Positions 38,722-52,450 of a stretch of 64,000 bases of DNA are shown here, piece after piece. Positions within the stretch are counted from its first letter, which is position 1; the number at the start of each line of letters is the position of its first letter. The translations under genes and the position numbers were made by a program. The stretch is from Octopus sinensis (taxonomy: Eukaryota). The notes below the pieces were generated by a model. It saw only the letters and a list, made by a program, of their open reading frames with translations. It was not told the DNA's origin and searched no databases. The stretch spans positions 61,876,001-61,940,000 of the forward strand of contig NC_043009.1 in NCBI RefSeq assembly GCF_006345805.1, written 5' to 3'.

Positions 38722-41700
38722 TAGCAGTCCAACCCATGCTAGCATGGAAAACGGACGCTAAATGATGATGATGATGATATATATATATATATATATATAC
38801 ATACACTGCAAATTACTATGTATAATATATTACATTTCTGTCTGAAGAAATGTGTGTATGTGTGTGTATATATCCACAGTGCAGGCATAATTAAGTTAGG
38901 AAGTTTACTTTGCTATCACTAGGTCTTTGGTTCAGTCCCAGTGTGTGACATCTTGACCTTTATATAATCTTGAATATACAGAAACTGTGTGGAAGTCCAT
39001 TGAATGGATTGCACATATAATTCAAACGGCTACTTTCATCTGAGGATTATATTGAAAGTACACATGCCTGTGGAATACTCAGCTGTTTAGTGTCACAATA
39101 CTATGAGTAAGTAGTCTGGTAGTTTGGTTGATTGAACAGCTGGTATAGTCACCATGGAAACTGACGAAAGACACATCTACCTTTATTTTTACACTCATCT
39201 AAACATACCAAAATCACATATACTTGATTTTCTGGCATTTATGACATGTCTCTTGTATTTTTAAATGTATCAAAAAATTTCCCTGTCTAATGTGGCTGTA
39301 TTATGGTCCAAAGACCAAGTGCCATAGACTAGAGAGATGGATAAGCATAATCCTACTAGGCCCAATAATAGTTATTAATGATAAAGTATCAATAACAAGC
39401 CAAATTATCGGTCAGAATCAACTAAGTAAAAATTGCTTACAGTACTCTGGGAGTTATGTAGGAAGGTTACACCTTCTCACATCTCCTTCCTCATGTACCA
39501 TGACTTGTATTATTCAATATGTTTATTACCTTTAAGAAACATTTTATTTTAACTATCTAAATGAAAAATTCTCCTAGAAAGATGAAAGGTAAGTTAAATT
39601 TTCATCTGCCTGCCAGCTATTTGCATTGAGTGGGAGAAAACAAAAACCATAGCAGTAATGCACCACCCAGGTACTAGATTGAATTAACACAAAACATCAC
39701 ACCTGACATGGCAATTCTCCTGGCCAAAAATATGAAGAACTACACAGGTAATCTTAAAGAAAATAAAGCTGAAATACACTACTCCTAAAATATATATTTA
39801 TAAGTTTAAAATTTCATACTTTGCTTGTGTACTACCATAAATACTCATCTGGCATAAACAGAATAATACACTTCCTCCTAGAAAACAAGTGTATGATGAT
39901 GTATACTAAATTTGTTTTTTCCCACAAAATATACTTGTGTATGATAGGAGTGTCTTTTTTGCCATCAAAATTCAGTATATACATACATATACCTGTGCCA
40001 GGTTAACCCTATGATCAAAAGCCTTCCAGCTGTAGTCATCCTGTTGTTTTCTTTTATTTTTCCTAAGTATAGTGCATCTAAGGATTGCATTATCCCAAAG
40101 TATTCTTTTTATGATGGTGGTAGGATATCATTTGAGGGAGATTTGGCTGCTATCTCTGGCAGGTGGGATGACCAAGTAGGTATATGTTAAGTCAGAATGT
40201 TTATGCTTAGATCTTGAACAGTGAATGATACTATCAGTAAAGTATTGAATACCTTGTGGTCATTTGGTCATGTTCCTGTGTTTGAATCCCACCCATAGTG
40301 ACTCTGACTCATTCTTTTGAGGGTTACAAGTACCAGTTAAGTACTGGGGTTAATATCATTTATGATACTCTTGAAGGTGATGCTGTGTATTATGCGACTG
40401 AGTTACACATACATACAGGGTTATAGAACTACTTAGTTGTTGATTGGTATTTGGTTAATCCAGTAGGTTGTGGAAACTCCTTGGACTCATCAATGACAAT
40501 ACTTCTACTGAAGAATTATTTCATCGTAACACACTATGTCCGGTACATCTTCAGCTCTGATGTTGACAGTTGGTGAAGTGTTGCAATGACAGTGTAGACT
40601 TAATTACCTAATTCATTTTCTCTGTCTCTCCCCCACTTTTGGTACATGTTTCCCATTATTTGTTGAGGGTTCTTCAGGTCACCCTAACATCGACATCCAG
40701 TTAGATTTTTTCCACTTACCTCTTACATAACTGTTCATTCTCCAATAAACACTTTATGTACATAAGCAAAAATACAACTTTCGTGTATTTTTTCCTAGTT
40801 TCACAAATTAAAAATTTCTGATGTAAATTATGAAGGATATGCTATACCTAGTTAACTGTTGTTGCTTACCCGCCAACAACACATACACTTATCTCTCTCT
40901 CTATTATACACTCATATATAATCTAATTGCACTAAATCAAATCTATTTTGTGGAAGAGATGTTATTTTACTTTTACTCATCGAACCAGAAGGAACTGAGT
41001 CTCCATTTTGATGATATTTTTAGGGTGAAAATACATCTTTTCATTATCCCAGATAGATGTTTCCTTCCATAGACTGTTTCCTTATTAGCCTCTAAAAAAC
41101 ACCTTCCTCTTCAGAACATTGTATTACAGTCATCCATCAGCTTTTTCTTGGGGCCTAAATGCCCTCTCTCAGTCCGTTGATTGCTGTTTTTACATTTGCA
41201 GAGGTCATCAGCAGGTATCATTCATAGAATGTCTTGGATAATAATTCTACTTCTGTTGGCATCCATTTTCCTCTGCCAGTAGCCTGCGATAGAATATATG
41301 AGTCTAGCATTGAGGGTGAGGAAAATACTTCTTTTAGTCACACAGAATCCCTGACTGCTTATGCCAGTGAACTGTATCTATCTCCCTACATTTTCAAGTC
41401 ATTGGACCTGGCTGCTGAGGATTCAGTATAAGGTTAGTGATAGGATAACATAGTGTCGACCATTCAAACATTATGTTAGTGCCAACCTCGCCAGAATGCA
41501 AATACTTCTCTAATTTTTGCAAGAACAACCAAGATTTTCAATTAACATCATTTATAGAATAACTTTCACTTGGGAGGAAAAATTTAGACAGACATGGTGG
41601 CAAGAAAATATATTTTCTTATAAAAACCTATTTAGGTCAAATGAATAATATTAAGTTTCTCTGGTGTTATATAAATTGTGGCTAAGTGAGATTTCTGAAA

Positions 41701-43725
41701 TATATTTTACCAAAGATCCTGAAAAGTATAGTTTTTTAAAGACAGGGTGAAAAATAATAATAAAAAACAATCAGTTAATTTCAATTAAGTTTATTTTATT
41801 CTTCAGTTGATTATTGTCTGGTATATAAGAATGTTGCAAATAATTAACTTCAAGTGTGTCAAACCTTGAAGTCTATGATTTTTATTGGATGAAAATCTTC
41901 ACTGCCGCCTTTGCTTCTTACCACACTACCCTGAAAAGACTTGATGCCAAGAGAAATGCTAGAAATGAATCATAAAGACATACAGAAAACTCTAAAACAT
42001 TGTGCCGGGTGGAGTAGTAGAAAGAACGAAAACTTCATTGAAATACATCAAACTTTTGAGATGTTCCTTTATAATGAAAACTTCTATACTACATATTGAA
42101 TTTTATTAAAAATGTATTTGCTTAGTGTTAAAGGGAGAATGGAAATGGAAGTAATAATGATGTCTTTTTTTTGTTATAAATCTTTACATTTTTGGCAAAG
42201 ACAGATTCAAAGAATTTCTTTACAACAAAAATCTGCACATAATTTTAACTTCAAATTAATTTCATATGATTTATCTTAAATTTTATATTTTTAAATATTT
42301 CATTGTAGAACTTTTTTTCAAATTTTACATCTTTCTTAACCTACCAACTTTTAATAAAATTCTGAACCCCAAGCATTATTTTAATGAATATAATTAAGTC
42401 ATTTTTTTTTTCTTTAATGACTGATCATCAAATTCTGAACTGTTTGATGGTTCCTTCCTCCTCCCCCCTCTTTATTCTGTTGACTTGAAGAATAAATGGC
42501 AGGAGGAAAATTGGCTGAATCTTCTTAAAACAGTAGCCAGACAATCTATGTCTAAATTTAGATGTATGTAACTTAATCCTGCTAGACACAACTTCATGCA
42601 GAAACCCTGCTACCATCTATATCAGCTTGTGCTACCTAGTCTTGGAATTTCTTCCCCCTCCCTCCTACACACCCTTTTCTTCAGAGTTCCTTCAAATATT
42701 TCATTGTACACTAACTTTTATGCTGACTTTGTGAAGTAGATAAAAAGATAAGAGAGATTAAGCGGGGAAAGAAAAGAGAAAGTTTGTTCTGTTCAAAGAG
42801 GCAATGAAATGGAATTCAAATTCAAATGGTACTGGACTTCAGTGACTGGCATAGAATTTTATTTGGGTTGGGCTATATGTGACCTCTAGCAAATTCTTTT
42901 ACTTCTCAAGTGTAACTTATTCTTTTCAGCATATTTTTAAAGGGATTTTTTTCAATATATCTTTAAATATATTTAACTTATAAAAAAAAAAAACCAGAAG
43001 TTATACCTGAGAAAGTTTTTTTCGATATTTTTTAAATCTTAAATCTAGAATTTTCTCAAAGTAACCAATTGTTGGATTAAAAACTTGTAGTTTCAATATT
43101 AGCATGTAAAATTTCCTATTTGATTTTCTTACTTATTTTTTAGAATTATTTCAGTAAAAGCTTTCCAATTCTTCCATACAAGGTAATAATGACAGAGTAA
43201 GATTGAAGAGAAATTTGTCTACTGAAATGCATCATGGGAGTTCCACATCCAGATTATTGGGAAAGATAAGTGTTCAGTAGCTTTAGAAATTAATTTTTAC
43301 TTCATCTATTTAAACTTTTTTTTCAAGATTAGGAAGTTTGTGAACTTAACTAAACCAAATTAATATAGGCTTAGGAATTTTTTTTTTCAGAATATTGTTA
43401 TACAATACTTTTGATAACTGAAATAAAATATTTTGAAAGTCTTTGAAAAGATTTCTAAATTTTGGCACATAGACACACACACGCATACATTCACACTTTC
43501 TCTCTTCCTCTCATTCTGGTAAAATATTTAAAATGTCTCACAAAATTTTGATTTGTACATAGAGAGTAGCCACATCATCTGTTAAAACTCACCTTATCTG
43601 AGCATAATCTGCTGCAGGGAATTCATGAAGAATATGGATTAGTGATGTATCATAAATTTACCGCTGGAATAGTGGATAACATTGGTGTCGATTGGTTTCA
43701 GTGTTGTTGCACTTCCATGCACAGA

Positions 43726-43785
43726 GAACATACTTCTTTACATTCCATACTTGGAGTAAATCTATGAGATAGTAAAGAAGAATGT
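43726..43785 (-). ncRNA. mir-1: microRNA miR-1 precursor (mature 3p 43726-43747; 5p ~43763-43785)
   Basis: Minus strand UGGAAUGUAAAGAAGUAUGUUC; the first 19-20 nt are the conserved miR-1 sequence. It pairs with 5p ACAUUCUUCUUUACUAUCUCAUA, and the lower stem GCACA/UGUGC extends to 43719-43794. CNNC (CAAC) 17 nt downstream. Confidence 0.98.
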
Positions 43786-44107
43786 GACTTGTGCACAGCA
43801 AATGAACGTTGTACATCCACTCAGTCTCCGCAATCTTCATTTCGTTTCAATTGTAAATAGTATTACGTACAAGTAAAGGCTACTTGAGTAAAACTTTCAA
43901 TTTAACTTTTGGGTGAGACCAGAAAGGCTTTAGACTCCAGCAACAAGGTTCAGGCTAAAGTGGCAGTGATGAGAATCTTCATTGGTAGCTGCCCCCTAAG
44001 TATGGCTCCTTAAAGCTCCACACTGTATGAAAGCATGAGATAGTTTCACCAATTTCAGTTAAGATGAGATATTCAACTGGTTGGGTCAGCCAATCAGATT
44101 CAATGAC

Positions 44108-44520
44108 AAAGTAGGCAAATCAGAAGGCTTCTGTCTTTTATAAGCTGCTTCTTATACTCTCTTGGTCTGGGTGCCAGCATTGGTTCAGGGTAGGTCCATT
44201 TTGGTGGAAAGGGTGGGCAGCTGGAAAGAAGAAGATCTTTTAAGTCATTGTTGAGTTCAGGTGCATCAAAATGGTATGGCTGCCTGCTCAATGATAAAAT
44301 AACTTTGTAATGAGTGTTTCCCAAGCAAGCGTTGTCCACCCTGTTGGATGGTGAATGAATCGAATCATCAAAATGGTGCTAGACCACAAATGGAAAACTT
44401 TGCTAAATATGGCTAACAATATTCTAACCCATACAGACTACTGATACATCGACTTTGACTTTCGTGGTGGCTGATGGCGGCGGCTTGATGAGGAAGGTGG
44501 AGCTACAGTTGGAGGAAATG
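44108..44520 (-). promoter_or_regulatory. Candidate Pol II promoter of pri-miR-1/133
   Basis: TATAAAAG (44142-44135) lies 30 nt upstream of the A (44112) of Inr-like CTACTTT. Also E-boxes CAGCTG (44218-44223) and CAGTTG (44506-44511), and CArG/MEF2-like CTAAATATGG (44403-44412). Confidence 0.5.
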
Positions 44521-44587
44521 AAAAACTGTAGATTTTTTTTACATCTGTTCTTCCTGCCACCCCTACTAGTTCCCCTTCATTTTTTCA

Positions 44588-44737
<150 letters not shown>

Positions 44738-45039
44738 ATTATATGTCTGTACAGTGATTAATTAGTCTGTATTCAGTTTGGGTATATTCTCATCCTTTTA
44801 TCTAATTTCAGTTTCTTATGGAGATTGAAGAAAATTTTGGAATTAGTTTTAATTCAAACTTTCTCTTACTTAATTTTTTTTTTTTTTTACAAAATGTTAC
44901 ACTTTAAACCAGAGATTATCACTTTTAAATTTGTTTTCCAAAGTTTCTACCGGATTTAGAACCTTAAATACCAAGCTGGAAATTCAAATAAAATAACTAT
45001 ATAACTTCTATTTCAATATACATTTATATCTATCTATAT

Positions 45040-45160
45040 TTTTATATACATACATACATACATGTGTGTGTGTGTGTGTGTGTGTAAATACACATACACA
45101 TATATACGTACACTCTCTCTCTCACACATATTTATCTACTTATATTTATATATATCATCA

Positions 45161-45198
<38 letters not shown>

Positions 45199-45641
45199 AC
45201 ATATATACACATATATCATACACACACACACATCTACGTATAATTATATATATAACATATATACACATATATTATACACACACACATCTACGTATAATTA
45301 TATATATCATCGTGTGTGTGTGTATGTATGTGTGTGTATGTATATATATATATATATATATATAAAACAGACACACACACATTACAGAAACATGCGTACA
45401 TCTGTGTGTGAATATACATTTATTTGAAGAGGGTTAGTTAATGTAGTGAACCGCTTTCAATGTAAACCCCCAACCCCACCACCACACAAACAAAAATTAA
45501 AAACGAAACCCAAAGACATTGAGTTTCTGAGAATATATATGAAAATATTGACCTATCCAACCCAAACCGGCATGGCAAAATGGATATAAAATAATGAAGA
45601 AGACATGTGTATGTGACTGTACCTGTGTTTGTGTGTTTATC

Positions 45642-45685
<44 letters not shown>

Positions 45686-45767
45686 AACACATGCATAGAA
45701 TAGTAACATTTGTGTGTGTGTGTGCATATCTATCCACACCCACAGTTATGTATATGAAATGAGTGAC

Positions 45768-45801
<34 letters not shown>

Positions 45802-45920
45802 CACACACAGATGTACATAAATATGCAGTCATATACATATCTTCATCTTATTTTAAATCCACTTTTCCAGGCTGGTATGGGTTGCTTTTTCTCATGTTTG
45901 GGTTCATTTATATGTGTGTG

Positions 45921-45995
<75 letters not shown>

Positions 45996-46235
45996 ACACA
46001 CACACACACTATGTAATATATATAAAATTTGTGTATATACATGTATATGTATACATATATATATATATACATGTGTGTCTGTGTGTACAGGTATGTCTAA
46101 GCATAGGTATGTGTGTGTATATATATATAATGTATATATATAAGTATATATTATGAGTGTATATATATATATGTATATGTCTACCATGTACGTGTATGTG
46201 TATATGTATCTATCCTATATATGTGTGTGTGTGTT
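45040..46235. repeat. Cluster of (TA)n/(CA)n/(TG)n microsatellites
   Basis: Directly visible; source of the spurious ORFs at 45066-46187. Confidence 0.9.
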
Positions 46236-47886
46236 ACTGTATCTGCAGCAGCATGATAGGCAGAGTTATCAGTTTCTTTACTTTTAGAACTTTGCTACTG
46301 TCTCACAAATATTCACAGTAATTTACTTTCAATTAGAATTTGATTTACACACTGTTACAGTCTCCTTCTTAAACAGTGTTTAGATAGCTTTAATAGATGT
46401 CCCCTCAAATCATAAATACTTTTTTTTTTTGTCTTAGATAACCAGGAATGTGTTCTATGATATTGAAACATTTCTAAATGATGAGCGATAATCAAACTCA
46501 TCACCTGTGCTGAAGTATAGAATGTTATATTTTCATCATAACTGATATATGTTCACTAAAATGCACATCATAATGATGTTGATGTATTGCTATCTTTTTT
46601 ACTGTCTGTATGTATGTATCTGTATAAATGTGTGTGTGTGCAGTGTGTGCAGGTACACTCACAAGTGCATATATACATCTGCACGTTTTGTTGTATTGCA
46701 GTTATATGAATTCTTACTTCTAAGAAAGTATTTAAGGAAATATGTTAGTTTTCTTGAGTAATTTGCTAATATTAACTTATAATTCCTGAATTAACGAGAT
46801 CTTTCATGATTTTTTTTTTTCTTACATACACAATTTTAGTTTATAAAAAGCAATTACATGGCTGGGTATATGATGTTGACACACATTCACACACACACAC
46901 ACACACACACGAGAGAGAGAGAGAGAGACACACACACACACACAGATACATTTAAGAAGGAGAGGGAAAGCATATGTGCGACTTATTGTACTGTTAGTTT
47001 GAACTAACTTTTACTAGAAGAGAGCTACTGTACTGTATTATGTTAAGACACCCCACGCCCCTCACTCTGCCACAAGCACTGTCACCATCTCCACTTTGTT
47101 CTACACATGGCTATATAATAATCTTCTAGTCCCAAAGAACTTACTCTGTCTTCAACTGCTGCTTACTTCTGTGTGTGACTTTGATTCATAAGTTTTTTTT
47201 ATACATTAATAGTAAAACCAAACAGATTGTAGCATTATTCTTATTTCCAGGAAATAATTATAAAATAATGATAATAATAATAATGAATTTATTATGGAAT
47301 TTATTTTCTTCAGGTATTCTAGGTAAAACATTTTCTCAGATTATCTTAGCTGTTGCTGCCAATACTACTACTACTACAGGCCAACGCAGAATATTCCACA
47401 TACACACACACACTAAATTATTATCTCCCCAGCAGACTCATATTCTTTCTTCTAGCAAGGTAGTGAGTCTCAGGAGTCATTTATTCTTTGGGACATCTTT
47501 GAAGGTTTCTTCATGTAGTAGTTAGTTTTATGTGTATGCAGTTGTGTGTTAGATATATATTGTATGTTACTAGTTGTACCTACCTCTCCTTATCATGCAT
47601 TATCTACTTCTGTGTGTGTATGTAATGATAATATATGATATAATACAATATCATATATATTTAAAATGATATGTATAATACAATATTATACTATACACAC
47701 ACACACATACACATACATATATATAATCATTCTTTTGAATGATTATAAACCATGGCTTATATAGACCTATTATTTTATGAATATTATTATTATTATTATT
47801 CACAACAAATATTAGGTAATGAACCAGTGATTCATTGAATATAACTATCTCTTAATGAGATTAATTTAACCTCTAATTGAATTATA

Positions 47887-47935
<49 letters not shown>

Positions 47936-48989
47936 TATGATATAATACAATATAATTTTATATCATTATATATATTATACTATACGTGTGTGAGTGTGTG
48001 TGAGAGAGAGAGAGAGAGTCCCAGGGTAGTTCTAAGCTGCTGATAGGTAAATACCCTCCTCTATCTATAACAGGGACACACTTGAAGCATGACAAATCTA
48101 GGAATTCAGATACTTGAAAGAAATCTACTAGTCTGCTTTAAGACTGTTCCTCATCTCTTTTTTTTTCCCCCTTTACTGTAACACTAAGCACTCTTCATAA
48201 CATTATGGAAGGATGTGCCTCCACAGCTGTAGTGAAAGTGACCTGGTAGGAATGTTAAACTCTATAGCAAATGTCTGTGAGAGCAGTAATTCTGAATAGA
48301 GATTTACATGGGGGAAATATGGGGTTCACTAGCCACAAAGAAGACAACCTGACTAGAAGAGCAGTAACTCTGAATAATATGCATGGAGAGGATGTGGCTT
48401 CCGTTTGACACAAGAAAAGTAAATTATCTAAGAAGACAGCAGTAACTCTGAATTAAAACTGATACAGTGTAGAGAGGAGATTTTAGTCTTATCAGACAGT
48501 TCCTCTTGTGTGGCTGGTATGATGAATGTACCTGGTCCATGCTCTAAAAATGGCTTGTGATAGGAAGTGTATCCAGCTGTAAAAGGCACACCATAGACAC
48601 AATAGTTAGATCAGTGAAAAACCGTAATTGTGTATATAAGGCCAACACTTACTATATTAATACTGCAGACAGTCAAGGGATGAACAAATGGGAACATCTA
48701 TCAATATGTGAAAACCCTTTGATTGATGTCAGATACCTGCACCTTTCTTTCTGGTCCAGAATAAAGACATGAAACAACCTAAACTTAGCCAGGTACACAA
48801 TGAAGGTGGGGGTGGTGGGTGGTGGAAAGATTATAGAGATGTTAGAATGGAAGTTTGTAGATGTGCATTGTGTAGAAGAAGTAAGATGGTAAGGAACTTC
48901 AAGCAGATCCATCATGGGCAAAGAATGCAAGTGAAATTTTTTTTGAGTTGGTAACTGCACTGAACTTGATGGAGTAGATGTAGAAAAAT

Positions 48990-50300
48990 GGAACTTGGTA
49001 TCACAGTATTATAAATGGCTACAAGGGCAAAGGTGATATCCTATAAAGAAGCAATTATGGAGGGATCAAACTGATGGATTAAGTTATGGCTGTAATAGAA
49101 AGAGTTTATACAGCACAACTAATTAGGAAGAAAATTAGCTGAGATGGGATACAGTTCAAGGATGTCTCCAGGACAGGGTACTAACGATGTTCTTCCTAGT
49201 GAGACAACTGCAGGAAAAGTTGTTAGCAATGTGCAAGCCACTATACCTAGCATTTGATGACCCACAGAAAATTCTTAATAGGGTATGACCATCTGTAGCC
49301 TGGTTGTTGCTAAGAAAACAATGAGTAGATGAATAACTTGTTGTGAGAGATATGTAAGCCATATACAGAGATGCTGTCTGCAAAATGAAAACAATGAGTT
49401 TCACACGGAATTTAGTGATAGGTGAGTTGAGTGTCCATTAATGCTTGTTTATGAGTCTCCGCCTGTTTATTTCAGTTCTCCTGGCAATAGGAGTGGACTC
49501 TAAAACCAGCTGTCTGTGATAACTATTGTATATCAATGACTAAATTCTCATATTTGAATCTGTTGAAGTAAAATTTTTGAACATGGAGCAAAGTTGAGAA
49601 TCAAAGAGTTATAATGTAAATTTAGCAAATTTAAAAGGAAAGAAGATAGGACTCAACTGATAGCACCTGGGAAGGTAGCCCTGTTTGATATGCAGTAGAA
49701 GAGATGAGAATTTCATATTGTGTACCCAGTGTAAACTTTGGGTAGAAAAGAGGTGCAGTGGTGTCACAAACTGACAGAGAAGGACTTCATGTAGCAAATG
49801 TGCAAGAGCTGTTAGTAGTAAGAACAACTCTGGTATAAACTCTTTCAAAGTTTTAGTGTGCTCCCTAGAAATAGATGGTAGCTTTTGTTACTTTGATAAC
49901 TTATTTAGCTATGGAACAGGGTGTTCTGAAAGTATAGTAGACTGGATTAAAAATAATAATGGATTTCCTTTCAGGGTGAAGGTGATTGTATAATGTTTGC
50001 ATATGAAGTGTGATGTTGCATGGTTGTGAAATAAGGGCATTGAATGCAGAGGATGTATGAAGGCTTTAACAAAGTGAGGCAAGTATGTTCCACTGGATGT
50101 ATAATATTAGTGAGTATAAATTGTATAAAACAATTTAGCTAAGAGAAATTGGATATGAAACTAGCAGATGTAGTGGCTAAGAAATAAGTCTAAGCTGGTA
50201 CAGATATGTGATGTGTATAGAGGATGACATTTGGGTTAAAAAATGCCAGGTAATGTAAGTGAAAGAAACCTGCAAGAGATCAAGGAAAATATGAGAAATG
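48990..50300 (+). mobile_element. Old RTE-clade LINE remnant (RT and C-terminus)
   Basis: Frameshifted KGKGD.L.RSNYGGIKLMD, FLVRQLQEKLLAMCKPLYLAFD, FCY..N and HGCE blocks match RTE RT motifs. Confidence 0.8.
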
Positions 50301-51139
50301 CCTTGTGAGTGGAATGTGGTAGAATGGAATTTGTATGTAAGCCTGCCAGAAGCTTATTCTTCAGTAGTAGACAGACTTTACATCACAACCTGGTCCTTGT
50401 GTGCCTTTAGTGGAGCCCACTTAGCTATAAACATCCTCAGGTCTGAGGATAACTTCATTTCACCAGTCTCAAAGGTTCAAAACACAGTCGTGTGTGCTGC
50501 TGTCATCCCTCCTGTAAGTAGTAGAGAAAAAGAAAAGAAACCTCAGTACTTAAGGTACATGAATATATCCATAACTTTTGCAAGCCCTCAAAGGCTTGTA
50601 TGATAATGTGGCTGATATCCAGTATTGGTAGGATGTTTAAGCTGGACATCATCCACATCTGCAAGAAAAAAAACATTAGTATATGTGATGGTAGCGAGAT
50701 TTCAGATGGAAGTAGCTCTTGGGAGGAAGGATTGTGTGTATGTTTGGGAGAGGGAATATTTTGTGGGCAACAAGGATAAGAATAGAATATGCAGTTTGGG
50801 AGGGCAAAAAGAGTTGGTCATTGTAATTGTGACAGAAAAGACAAGGTGGAAACTAGCACAATAGGTATTTGATGGTTGTAATAGGGATTTTTTGGCAGTT
50901 AGTCATATGATCCTTTTTTTTTTCATGTGGTCAAAGGTAGCAGCAGTGGCATTTCATCTATATTTACCAGCAGCACTTCATTGTATAATCTATATATATA
51001 TTAAATGTATCTATATGTTAAGGGAACGATAATATTTTGAAAACAAAAGTGTTTAATATTTTACGTCATATAAATATTTGTGTGTGAATATAAAATATAT
51101 AGATTATACATTTACTATATATATAGATAGATTTAATAA

Positions 51140-51335
51140 CACTAGTGCCACATAACAAGCACCAAGTACACTCTGTAAAGCAGTTGACGTTAGGAAGGGC
51201 ATCCAGCTGTAGAAACCAAGCCAAAACAGACTATGGAACCTAGCCTTTCTAGCTCCCGCCAAAGCGTCAAACCCATGCCAGCATGGAAAACAGACGTTAA
51301 ATGACAACAACGACGATGATGATGCTGATAATGAC
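51140..51335 (+). mobile_element. RTE 3' end fragment
   Basis: GTTAGGAAGGGCATCCAGCTGTAGAAAC...CATGGAAAACAGACGTTAAATGA. Confidence 0.75.
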
Positions 51336-52450
51336 ATTAATTGTGGTTGATTTGATGTCAGTTTTGTTTATTTTATTCTTGCTGGATCCTTTCTTAAATT
51401 AATGACTACTAACTAATTAGTTACGAACGTTAACAATCTAGGTAAAAAAATTCTGCTGAAGTCTAGTTTTCCATTCACCTTTTGATGACGAGTCCCCTTA
51501 TTCCAGAATTTCAAAATTCCGCTCGCAAAACATTGGTCAGCCCAAAGCTACAGTGGAAAACACTGCCGAAGTGTCACATCGTGGGACCAAGGCTAGAACC
51601 AAGTCATTATGAAGTTCTTAACTACACGGTTATACTTGTACTTGTGTTTATTAAATTTACTTTTATAGTTCACGTCCTCTTGTAAAACTAACGAAATGGG
51701 TCTCCTGTGAAGTTACACATTTTCAGAAACACGAAATAATTAAATGTTAAATCATCTCCGGTCCAGTTTTTACAACTATATTTTAATTATCAAGGGACGT
51801 AACTTAGGAGCTACAGTTCAGTTATTTCCCCTTGGGCTTTCATATTTGTTCGCGCTCACAGAAATTGTGATAATTATTTTAAGGTGTTTTATGTCAGTCA
51901 CCGTATTCTTCCGTGATTTAGGCAGTTGGGGTAACGGCGGCAGAAACATTGGTTTTCTGTCGCACTTTTCTGTGTTCAAATCTCTAGCATAGGTGATGGT
52001 GGTAGGGGGTGATGTTTGGCCTTCCATCCATGCAGTATTTATTTATATATTTTGTCTGTACAAAAACTGAAATGCCACTTCCGCAAAGATGTTGGAGGAA
52101 TCTTTGTGCTAAATAATGAAAATTTTAATTCTTCTATCGGACCAAGGTTCTCACAACAATAACGAAAGCAATAAAAAAAAATTTGAAAGACCGAAATGTA
52201 TTTTTCTGGATAAGTTCTTTAGAGTGTGTGGGGGAGTAATAGTAATTGTATAATAATAGTGAGCTTACTGTATCCAGTGCTTACGTGTATCTAAAGTAAA
52301 TTTCAATCGGTTCAACCTTCATTCGGTATGTCAGTGATTCCAGATTTGATTTAAAGTAGGAATGAAGTTGATAATCTAGTACAATTTAATCTTAGAAGTT
52401 GAAATCTAGTTTCCAATCTGTTTTAGTTATAATAAAAAGAAATTGAATAA

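Noticed and set aside
43658-44339. ORFs 43658-43840 and 44100-44339 as coding exons
   Set aside because: No recognisable domain and stops between them. One overlaps the miR-1 hairpin and the other the candidate promoter.
48282-48453. CRISPR-like repeat-spacer pattern
   Set aside because: Eukaryotic context, repeats only 16 bp, spacers homologous to each other, no cas genes.
51937-51990. GC hairpin followed by a T-run and CTAG (terminator or Helitron 3' end)
   Set aside because: Intrinsic terminators do not apply here. CTAG is too distant and not followed by T, and no 5' end was found.
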